Shown: piece by piece, positions 55,965 through 64,000 of the stretch
Position numbering within the stretch: the first letter of the stretch is position 1
Layout of the letters: each line of letters opens with the position of its first letter
Assembly: GCA_039208735.1 (NCBI GenBank)
Contig: JBCCQY010000009.1
Span: 1 to 64,000, forward strand
Direction: 5' to 3'
Length of the DNA: 64,000 nucleotides
From: Myxococcota bacterium
GTDB lineage: Bacteria > Myxococcota_A > UBA796 > GCA-2862545
Translations under genes and position numbers: made by a program
The notes under the pieces: model-generated
Seen by the model: the letters and a program-made list of their open reading frames with translations, nothing else
What the model was told of the DNA's origin: nothing
Database searches by the model: none

Positions 55965-57240
55965 TCAGGGCGCAACCGAGACCGTGAATCGCTGGGTCTC
56001 GATGGCGCGTGGGTAATCACCGAGCCCATGGTACTCGGCGTTGGCTTTGCTGATGCGGTGCGTGCTCGCCACGATCTCAGCGTTGACGGCCCCCGAGGGC
56101 ACAGGCCACGTCCAGGTTCGGGACTCTCGAGGCTTGAGGCGGTTGTCGCCGACCTTGACCGGAGGAGTCGACCACTGCCAGGTCTGGCCAAACCGCTGCG
56201 CCTCCGCCCCGAGTCCGGCGCCCGAAGCATCCCGGAACGTCGCCGTGACCTGGACCCACCGTTCGGGATCGCCCGAGGGCAGCCAATGGCCTGCGTTCGC
56301 GTTGGTCGCCGTCACCTCGAGTCCGTCGGCACCGCGTTGAGCCTCGACTTCGAGTCCAGGCCCCGGCAGAGTTTCCGGACCCCAGGGGCGATCCGCGAAC
56401 TTTGGAATGCCCGATCCCTTGAACCAGTGACGCCCGACCTCCCGAACCGGACCGCCCACCGCGGCAGGACGCTTCACCCGGGGTTGATGGCAGTGCCCGC
56501 AGGCTTTGCCTTCGTCGTCGTACGGTCCCGCGCGCCACTCCGCTCCCGTCTGGAACGTACAAACGAAGGACTTGCCCTCATAGACCAGCTCCGCCTGATG
56601 GCAGTCGAGGCACATGGGGTCGTCCGCATCGGAGCGGAACCGTGCATCGACGATGACGCCGTGCGGAGCCTGGCTGTTTTCGAGCCCCGGACCGTGAATG
56701 CCGTCCTCACGGACGTGGCAGCCGGCGCAGTTCAGTCCCTCGTCGCGAAGTGCGGCATCGAAGCGTTCATTCTTCACCCAACGGGGTTGCTCGACATCCC
56801 CATCGACGATCGCCACAGGAAGGCGATCTTGCTGGATCAACAGGGGCGTATGGCAGTTCACGCAGAGCCAGCGGTTGTCCGATTTTGCAAGCTCGCCTTG
56901 GAACTGTGGGTCGATCCAGGCTTGCGCGTGGATCGACTGGCGCCATTCGGCGGCGATCGTGGGATGACACCCTTCACACGCCTCCACCGACATTGATCCA
57001 ATGCCGGGGACGCTCTCGAGCCCGGTGACCCGAAGTGGACGTTCGACGCGCGGTCGCGTGTCCATGAAGGCGTTGGTGGCGGCCACGTCGGCCAAAAAGC
57101 CCTGCGAAGGCACGTACTGGCCTCCGTTGGAGACCGTGTGGGGCTCGGGCGCGTCCTGCACCGTTGGACGAACCGGTGATCCACAAGCCACAAGGATGGC
57201 CGTCAAGGCGAACGTGGCTCGGCGAAGCGTCCGTTTGAGT
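55965..57240 (-). CDS. Pentaheme c-type cytochrome lipoprotein (c554-like N-terminus); start uncertain
   Basis: CEGCH, CVNCH, CAGCH, CLDCH and CGHCH; EW..S.HA; LVAC lipobox; AGHWLPSG. Confidence 0.85.
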
Positions 57241-57288
57241 CCACCGCGGTCGATGCTAGGGTGCCGGTCTACCTTACGGAGTGAGTCG

Positions 57289-58494
57289 ATGTACGGGGAA
57301 CAGACCGAAACCGCCCTCGCGGGCGAGCTCGAAGCGATGAGGGAGGCGGGAACGTTCAAGAACGAACGCATCATCGTCTCTCCCCAGCGGGCCAATATCC
57401 GTGTCGATTCCGGCAACGAGGTCCTCAACTTCTGCGCCAACAACTACCTGGGGCTCGCCGATGACCCCCAGCTCGTGGAAGCCGCCAAACGAGCGTTGGA
57501 TACCTATGGTCTCGGTCTGGCCTCGGTTCGTTTCATCTGCGGCACGCTAGACATCCACCGTCAACTCGAAGCTCGCATTTCCGAGTTCCTCCAGACCGAA
57601 GCGACGATCTTGTATTCGTCGTGCTTCGACGCCAACGCGGGCCTCTTCGAGACGATCCTGACCGCCGAAGATGCGGTGGTTTCGGACTCGCTCAACCATG
57701 CCTCGATCATCGATGGCATCCGGCTGTGCAAGGCCAAGCGCTTTGTGTTCGCCCACGACGACATGGACGACCTCAACAAGCAGCTTGAGGCCGCCAAAGC
57801 GGCGGGCGCGCGGCGCATCCTCATCGCGACCGATGGGGTCTTCAGCATGGACGGGGACATTGCGCGGCTCGACCGCATCTGCGATCTCGCGGAAGCGCAC
57901 GGCGCCATGGTGATGGCCGACGACTGCCATGCCACGGGGTTCGTGGGCAAGACGGGGCGCGGCTCGATCGAACACTGCGATGTGATGGGGCGGGTCGACA
58001 TCATCACGAGCACCCTCGGCAAGGCGCTGGGGGGCGCATCTGGAGGCTTCACCACGGGTCGCGCCGAGATCATCGGCCTGCTCCGTCAGCGTTCGCGGCC
58101 CTACCTGTTCTCGAACACGCTGGCGCCCGCCCTGGTGGGCGCGGCCTTGGCGGCGTTCGACCGCCTCTCGAGCAGCACCGATCTGCGGGATCGGCTCGCC
58201 GAGAACACCACCTACTTCCGCGAGAAAATGACGGCGGCGGGCTTTAAGATTCGCCCTGGAAGTCATCCCATCGTGCCCATCATGTTGGGAGACGCGGCCC
58301 TGTCGATGACGATGGCCGATGCGATGCTCCAACGCGGCATCTACGTCATCGGCTTTGCCTACCCTGTGGTTCCCAAGGGCCAAGCCCGTATTCGTGTGCA
58401 GATCAGCGCCGCCCACACGCGCGACCACCTCGATCAGGCGATCGAGGCGTTCACCGAAGTTGGGGAGCAGCTGGGCGTGGTTTCGCCACGTTAA
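57289..58494 (+). CDS. kbl: Glycine C-acetyltransferase (2-amino-3-ketobutyrate CoA ligase)
   Basis: [26 protein letters not shown] (PLP Lys) and RSRPYLFSN. Confidence 0.96.
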   Translation: MYGEQTETALAGELEAMREAGTFKNERIIVSPQRANIRVDSGNEVLNFCANNYLGLADDPQLVEAAKRALDTYGLGLASVRFICGTLDIHRQLEARISEFLQTEATILYSSCFDANAGLFETILTAEDAVVSDSLNHASIIDGIRLCKAKRFVFAHDDMDDLNKQLEAAKAAGARRILIATDGVFSMDGDIARLDRICDLAEAHGAMVMADDCHATGFVGKTGRGSIEHCDVMGRVDIITSTLGKALGGASGGFTTGRAEIIGLLRQRSRPYLFSNTLAPALVGAALAAFDRLSSSTDLRDRLAENTTYFREKMTAAGFKIRPGSHPIVPIMLGDAALSMTMADAMLQRGIYVIGFAYPVVPKGQARIRVQISAAHTRDHLDQAIEAFTEVGEQLGVVSPR

Positions 58495-59333
58495 GCATCG
58501 GGCTTCGCGAAAATTCCGAAGTCTTCGCCGCCTTTGCCGGCGGCAATCAGCTCGTCCATCTTGGCGGCGATCGCCGGCAGAAGGAGGAGGTTGTTGGCAC
58601 CCGCGGCTTCGATCATCAGCCGGACGTCTTTGCGCCCCATGGTCAGTTCGAAGCTCGGGGGGCGAGTTCCCGCGGCGAGGACGCGGCGTCCCATCCCGAC
58701 CGGTGTAGGCGAGAAGGTCTCGAAGAGGGCCATCACCTCGTCGGGGGACATGCCGTTGGCCTTGCCGATGGCGAACAGATCCCCCATGGCCCCCGAAAGC
58801 ATGACGAGCAGCCCGTTCCCGGTCAGCTTCACGGTCGCGGCGCGTGTGGGGTCGTCGCCAAGGTTTAGGACCTTGCCGGTCATCGTTGACAATTCAGGCT
58901 CCAGGCTCGTAATTTCGTCTTGTGGACCGCTGATGAGCATGAGCCCGGTGGCGTCGCGTGAGTTCGAAGGTCCCATGAATACGGGAGCATGAAGGTACCG
59001 AATGCCCTTCTCACGAAGGCGGGCAAAGCGTTCCCGGACGCCTTCGGGCAAGTTGGTGCTGTGATCGAGGATGAACACTCCCTCGCCAAGACCAGGCTCG
59101 AGCTTGGCAATGACGTCGTCGACCACCGCGTCATCGGTGAGCACGAGGTGCACGCGCTCCGCCCCTCGGACCGTGTCAGCCGGATCGGTGCCGGCAATCC
59201 CGCCGGCTTCGACCACTGGCGCCGTCTTTGACGCCGTCCGGTTCCAAACCCGCACGGGATGGCCCTTCTTGAGACGGTTCTCGGCAAATCCACGCCCGAG
59301 CAACCCCATTCCCAACACCGCAATCGTCGACAT
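58491..59333 (-). CDS. Beta-hydroxyacid dehydrogenase family NAD(P)-dependent oxidoreductase
   Basis: GMGLLG, WNRT, DHST, KLTGN and KDVRL. Confidence 0.88.
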   Translation of the reverse strand: MSTIAVLGMGLLGRGFAENRLKKGHPVRVWNRTASKTAPVVEAGGIAGTDPADTVRGAERVHLVLTDDAVVDDVIAKLEPGLGEGVFILDHSTNLPEGVRERFARLREKGIRYLHAPVFMGPSNSRDATGLMLISGPQDEITSLEPELSTMTGKVLNLGDDPTRAATVKLTGNGLLVMLSGAMGDLFAIGKANGMSPDEVMALFETFSPTPVGMGRRVLAAGTRPPSFELTMGRKDVRLMIEAAGANNLLLLPAIAAKMDELIAAGKGGEDFGIFAKPDA

Positions 59334-59396
59334 CGTGACCTCGCATGCTCCCGCACGAGCGGGTGTGGGTTCGTAATGAGCCCACCTCGCGAGGGG

Positions 59397-60683
59397 TCAG
59401 GACGGACCGGTGAGGCCGCGTAGCGGGACCACGTCGGGCAGGATCCAAGCAGGATCCACGCCCGCCATGGCGATGATGCCGGCCACGAACTGGTCGTAGC
59501 GCAGGGGCGCTCCGTTGGGGTCGAGGAGGCCGCGCTCCACGTCGACGGGTCGTCCGACCAGTTCGTCGTCGGTCGCCCCGATGAGGTGCGGGCCTTCGAT
59601 GTCCGCCCCCACCAGCAACGCCGAGGTGTAAGGCCAGTGCTCGGTGCCGTCCTCCTGGTTCCGCCAACCGGTACGGCCCATTTCAGACAGCACCACCACG
59701 AGCGTCTCGTCGAGCAGGCCTTGGGCGTGGAGTCCGCTCACAAGCTGGCCGATCGATGAAAACAGGGATTGGTGCCAGCCATGCTGACGGCCATGGTCGG
59801 CGTGGGTGTCCCAGCTGTGTCCGGAGTCGACGAGGATGGTCCGCGCGATGCGGTGTTGCAACAGCGCGATGGCCAGGTCGATCTGGCCTCCCAAGGCGCC
59901 TTGGGTCCCCGAAAGCGAAGGCGACCAGTTGGGGACTTCGGCGAGCAAAGACGCAGCTCGCGTGCGGGCCTCGGTGCGTCCATCGAGGGCCTGGAGCCAG
60001 CTTCGGCCTAGGTCTCTTCGTGGATCTTGGCGTGCCTGTGTCGAAAGCCACTCGTCGATTGCGGGATCGTCGCCCGGCTGGCGAAGCAAGGAGGGACGGG
60101 AGGAACCGTCGCCCATCGCCATGCGACGGTGCGGCAGCAGGAGCTGCCCGAGCTGTCCACGACGGCCGGCTCGCAGGGAGGTCGCGGATGCATCGCCGAA
60201 ACGGGCGTGGCCGGACAGATCGACAATGCCGAGAGGCCGGTCGTCTCGGCGCTCGGCCCCCACCTGGGTGATCCAGTCGGTGGCCTGTCGATCGTCGCGG
60301 CCGGTCAGGATGCGTCGCCGGCCGATCCAATGGCTAACCGAGCCGACCCACAGCCCTCGGACCACCGTGGTTCGAGGGGCCCATCGGTCGAAGAAGGTGG
60401 TCACGGCGGGGCGGCGCGCTGGATTGACCGCGATTTCAAGGGGGCCCCATCGTCCCGTGTCTTCCCGATCGTCCGTAGATTGAGGGGATTCCGCGGTGGG
60501 GCCTACGACGCCGGCAATACCGAGCTTTGGATCGAGGGCAAAGGTGGGATCCCATCCACCGTCCACCATGACGACCACGACATTGCGGGCTGGTCCCACG
60601 ACGACAGGGTCGGGACCTCGTCCACAGCCGAGCGCCCCCAGCAGTCCGCCGCTCCAAAGCAGTTCGCGCCTCGACCAGCTCAT
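59397..60683 (-). CDS. DUF1501 family Tat lipoprotein
   Basis: SRRELL, GGWDP, WDTH, SEMGRT and GTEHW. Confidence 0.88.
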   Translation of the reverse strand: MSWSRRELLWSGGLLGALGCGRGPDPVVVGPARNVVVVMVDGGWDPTFALDPKLGIAGVVGPTAESPQSTDDREDTGRWGPLEIAVNPARRPAVTTFFDRWAPRTTVVRGLWVGSVSHWIGRRRILTGRDDRQATDWITQVGAERRDDRPLGIVDLSGHARFGDASATSLRAGRRGQLGQLLLPHRRMAMGDGSSRPSLLRQPGDDPAIDEWLSTQARQDPRRDLGRSWLQALDGRTEARTRAASLLAEVPNWSPSLSGTQGALGGQIDLAIALLQHRIARTILVDSGHSWDTHADHGRQHGWHQSLFSSIGQLVSGLHAQGLLDETLVVVLSEMGRTGWRNQEDGTEHWPYTSALLVGADIEGPHLIGATDDELVGRPVDVERGLLDPNGAPLRYDQFVAGIIAMAGVDPAWILPDVVPLRGLTGPS

Positions 60684-62287
60684 TGCACCACCAATCGCGG
60701 ATGTTGGAGGAACGCCGATAACAGCCATGCCCAGGCGGTTTCGGGGGCTCGGTCGTGGGCCAGGGTCTCGAGCAACGCCAGATCCGCATCGATCTGGGGG
60801 TCGTCGGGCTCCACCACCTCGGCCAGGATGCGGAGATGCCAGTCCACCAACTGGGCGCGGGCCGAAGCTCCCGATGTGTCGAAGCCCTGCGCGAACCAGC
60901 TTCGAGGACCTTCGAACTCCCGTCTGAGTACGGTCGCCGCGGCCTCCTCGGCGAGCCAGCGCCATCCAAGCTCGCGACTGGGCAGGGGCCCTCGATCCGG
61001 AGGGACGAGCCGCCACCCTTCGACGCCTCCCATGCCTTGGTTGAGCCCAAAGCGATCGGTGGTCACCAGGTCCACCGTGCCAAACCCCGGGTTGGGCAGC
61101 GCGGTGAACGGGACCTGAACCAGATGATCAAGGGTGCGCACCCACTGGCGCGGACGCAGCAGGCTCGGGGGGGCGTGAGGGGACTCGGGAGCGAAGGCTT
61201 CATGAGTCGCGATGGCCAGCAACAGGGCTTTGGCATCGTGGCCACGGGTCCGGAAGTCCTCGGCAAGGTCTTGCACGAAGTCGCCTTGCACGTCTGCCCA
61301 GTCGAGCCCGACGAGGTAGCCGAAGAAGCGCTGCACCATGCACGTGGCAAATCGAGGATCTTGGGCGATCGCTTCACCGAGAGACCCGAGCCCGGAAGTG
61401 CCTCGCCCGTAGTAGCCCGGAGCCGGCAACACGCCGTCGGGCAGCGTCAGCGCTGGGTCGTACAGCTCGAGGGGATAGCAAAACCCTTCACGACAGTCGG
61501 TCCGGTAGCCGTCCCGCACCTCACCATCGAGAATGTAGCGCCGAAACCCTTCGAAGTTGGCCGCCAGGGGATCGAGCGACGCATGGCACGATTGGCAGGC
61601 GGGATCGTTCTGCAGGGCGTCGTCCTGCTGCGTGGGTTGAACGGTGCCCGCTTCGGGTCGCTGGCTGAAGTCGTCACACAGGAAGGCCTCGGCGACGATG
61701 GCCGCGCGGCTCCGTTGATGGTTGGTCGGCGCGATGGGATGCCGTTGCATCAAACTGCTGCTTGAGAGTACCCCGGCCGCGGGTCGACCATCCGTCCAGC
61801 GGCTGACTTGCCAGCCAGGGTCCGACTCGTTGACGGGCGGACCGAACGCCCGGCTCACCACCCGATCCGCGAGCACCTCGGGGGTGGTCACGATGGCGGT
61901 GAAGGGCTGCTCCGTCTGGACGATATGGGCGATAAGCCGGAGTGGAGCGTCGTCGAGGCGCTCGATGACGGTCGCCGGAGGCACCGATGCCAAAGGACCC
62001 AGCGAAGGAACGTGCGTCTTCGCGTCGTGACGCACGCCCAACGCCTCTCCCATCAAGTCCGCCACGACCTCTGCCAACGCTGGATCGGGACGCCACGCCC
62101 GCACCTCGGCCCTCCAATCCGCCCCGTCATGGACCCGGCGTACTTCCTCGGGAGTCGGCGGATGCTCGCGCAACGCCAGCGACGCCCGCATCAAACGCTG
62201 TAGCGGAGTGGCCGCGCCCACGACCTCAGGAACGTTCGGGGGTTCCACCACAGGGGGTTCCGAACACGCAAGCAGGAAGAACAGCAT
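60680..62287 (-). CDS. DUF1585/DUF1588-like lipoprotein with a c-type heme motif
   Basis: LLAC lipobox, RASL.LR..P, RA.....FLC, CQSCH and DPRFATC; ATGA-coupled to the DUF1501 gene. Confidence 0.82.
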   Translation of the reverse strand: MLFFLLACSEPPVVEPPNVPEVVGAATPLQRLMRASLALREHPPTPEEVRRVHDGADWRAEVRAWRPDPALAEVVADLMGEALGVRHDAKTHVPSLGPLASVPPATVIERLDDAPLRLIAHIVQTEQPFTAIVTTPEVLADRVVSRAFGPPVNESDPGWQVSRWTDGRPAAGVLSSSSLMQRHPIAPTNHQRSRAAIVAEAFLCDDFSQRPEAGTVQPTQQDDALQNDPACQSCHASLDPLAANFEGFRRYILDGEVRDGYRTDCREGFCYPLELYDPALTLPDGVLPAPGYYGRGTSGLGSLGEAIAQDPRFATCMVQRFFGYLVGLDWADVQGDFVQDLAEDFRTRGHDAKALLLAIATHEAFAPESPHAPPSLLRPRQWVRTLDHLVQVPFTALPNPGFGTVDLVTTDRFGLNQGMGGVEGWRLVPPDRGPLPSRELGWRWLAEEAAATVLRREFEGPRSWFAQGFDTSGASARAQLVDWHLRILAEVVEPDDPQIDADLALLETLAHDRAPETAWAWLLSAFLQHPRLVVQ

Positions 62288-62325
62288 CGTCCTCCGTTGT
62301 AGCGCCTCCGTTCGCGACCCGCTGG

Positions 62326-62895
62326 TTGCGCTGGATCCGCGGGGCGGCCGCGTGGGCGGTCGGACTTTGGTTCGCGTCGGCGCTGGCCCTGGATCGCTAC
62401 GGTGCGACCTCGGTTCCGCGTGGGACCTACGATGCTGTGGTCGTCGCTGGAGCAGGGGTTCGGCCAGGAGGGGTGCCGTCGGCCACGCTGGTGCGGCGAA
62501 CGCACAAGGGGGCTGGCCTTGTGCTTGCCGACGTGGCGCCCAGGCTTGCGTTGACCGGGGGGGTTGGGGATTGGGGGCCTGCCGAGGCCATCGTGGCCGC
62601 TGAACTGGCGCGGAACTTTGGGGTTTCGCCTGACCGCATCGTGATGGAGACTCGATCTCGGAACACCGAAGGCAACGCCTTTGCGATTCGCGAGGTGCTC
62701 GGCGAAGCTCGGGTCCTCGTTGTGACCGACCATTACCATGCCTTTCGCTGTCGGCGGGTGTTCGCTCGCTACTTCGCCGATGTCGATGTGGTCGGGGTTC
62801 GCGGCGCCTTGGTGCCTCGCGTGTGGGGAGCGTTGCGCGAGGTGGCGGCGGTGGGTTGGTACGGTTGGACCGGCCGATTGGGCCCGAGGTCCTAG
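62326..62895 (+). CDS. YdcF/DUF218 family protein
   Basis: VVAGA, TGG, EA, E..SRNTEGNA, VTDHYH..R and RE. Start is approximate. Confidence 0.88.
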   Translation: MRWIRGAAAWAVGLWFASALALDRYGATSVPRGTYDAVVVAGAGVRPGGVPSATLVRRTHKGAGLVLADVAPRLALTGGVGDWGPAEAIVAAELARNFGVSPDRIVMETRSRNTEGNAFAIREVLGEARVLVVTDHYHAFRCRRVFARYFADVDVVGVRGALVPRVWGALREVAAVGWYGWTGRLGPRS

Positions 62896-62962
62896 CCGGG
62901 TCACGACACGATCCACAAGCGCTCGCAAAGCTCCGAAACGAAGGACATCCCACGGAGCAACG

Positions 62963-63382
62963 ATGATCTTCACGAGTCTTTTGGCCCCGCTCGCCTTCGC
63001 GAACCCGCCGACGCAGGCCCGGAACTTCGCCCCGCTGCTGCAGCGCCTGGACGTGTGTTCGACCTCGTGGCGAGAGGTTGTTCAGCGGCAGCTGAAAGCC
63101 TGGCATGGCGGAAATTCTGGCGACAAGGTCGAGTATGTGACGGGCTGGGTCTCGAAGGGCTCCCGCACCGTCCGGGTCACGCTGTGGGACTGGCAGACCG
63201 ACGATGCCATCGGCATGGCGATTGCCGACCATCGCGGCCTGTGGGGGGTCAAGGGGGAGCTGGTGGACGTCGAGCCCGTCACCCTCGTGGACGACTGTGA
63301 CCAGCCCACTTCCGACCCCATCTTTGCCTTGTTTGTGACCACAGTCGAGAATCCGAAGGGGTTTCTAAGCGTCATTCGTTGA
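62963..63382 (+). CDS. Secreted hypothetical protein
   Basis: GGAG RBS and a signal peptide ending in AFA. Confidence 0.6.
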   Translation: MIFTSLLAPLAFANPPTQARNFAPLLQRLDVCSTSWREVVQRQLKAWHGGNSGDKVEYVTGWVSKGSRTVRVTLWDWQTDDAIGMAIADHRGLWGVKGELVDVEPVTLVDDCDQPTSDPIFALFVTTVENPKGFLSVIR

Positions 63383-63421
63383 GCCAGGTGCAGCTGGGAT
63401 GAGGACGGGTGAAAGGGGAGC

Positions 63422-63982
63422 ATGGCTGACCCCGATCACATTCCGCAGATGGATGCCTTCGACCGCCTCACCGTGGGCCTGTACCGGGCTGGACTTTTGG
63501 GGCAGGCCTTGGGCCTGTTCGTTATCTCGGCGACCGAAATCGGATGGGCGGCCCGGGACGTCGGGCCATTGGCGATGCTGACCGCGGTCGCCCTTTCGGT
63601 GGGCAACCTCCATCTGTACGACAAGCGAATCCGTTGGTTGATCAGCACGTCGGGGTGGCTTGGGGCGGTGTTGGTCGTCGCCGCAGCCACGTTGCCGGAA
63701 AGCGCCTGGGTCGAGGCGCTCCTGCACTATGCAGGGCTTGGGTTCCTCTTTGTTGTGACCTCGGCGCTTGCTCTTAAAGAGCGCTTTTGTTTCCGATTGC
63801 CGGGGCTCCAAGCCGTCCCGGTCGCGTTGGCGGGGGGGGTGGCCACCGGACTGTTCGGCTTTGGAACCTTGACCGCGGTGGCCTTGGGGCTCAGCGGTTT
63901 GGTCGTGGCCTTGCTCGCCGTCGCGAAGCTCCGCATGCCAGTTCACGTCGACATTGGCAATAAGGACGCCTACCAAGTCTGA
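63422..63982 (+). CDS. DUF2301-like integral membrane protein
   Basis: LHLY, KERFCF and DIGNK..Y. Confidence 0.8.
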   Translation: MADPDHIPQMDAFDRLTVGLYRAGLLGQALGLFVISATEIGWAARDVGPLAMLTAVALSVGNLHLYDKRIRWLISTSGWLGAVLVVAAATLPESAWVEALLHYAGLGFLFVVTSALALKERFCFRLPGLQAVPVALAGGVATGLFGFGTLTAVALGLSGLVVALLAVAKLRMPVHVDIGNKDAYQV

Positions 63983-64000
63983 TCGTATCCCTTGTGTTCC

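Overview
High-GC bacterial DNA, most consistent with Myxococcota (MYXO-CTERM sorting tail, DUF1592/DUF1552 and DUF1585/DUF1501 pairs, FHA-HTH regulator, Ser/Thr kinase-like protein, many lipoproteins). It is gene-dense, with about 57 CDS or CDS remnants. I found no rRNA, tRNA, CRISPR array, transposase or integrase. Clearly recognisable genes are icmF, miaE, kbl, phoX, a glycogen-debranching enzyme, a GH63 glucosidase, an arylsulfatase and a KAS III-like enzyme. The best candidate for an undescribed system is one ORF (42725-44596) that fuses an ECF sigma factor, ankyrin repeats and an F1-ATPase beta-subunit-derived domain. That domain keeps the P-loop and adenine pocket but has lost the rotor-contacting elements, so the protein may be a one-component ATP/ADP-sensing sigma factor. 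The second candidate is an operon (about 1-5959) with two paralogous GTPases that share a non-canonical, apparently compensatory active site (Walker A GKD and G3 NxPG), flanked by an FHA-Fis regulator, a HEAT lipoprotein and a degenerate sulfatase. The window also holds several pseudo-enzymes and at least four genes broken by deletion or frameshift. All family assignments come from motif recognition by eye, no database search was run, and most start codons are inferred.
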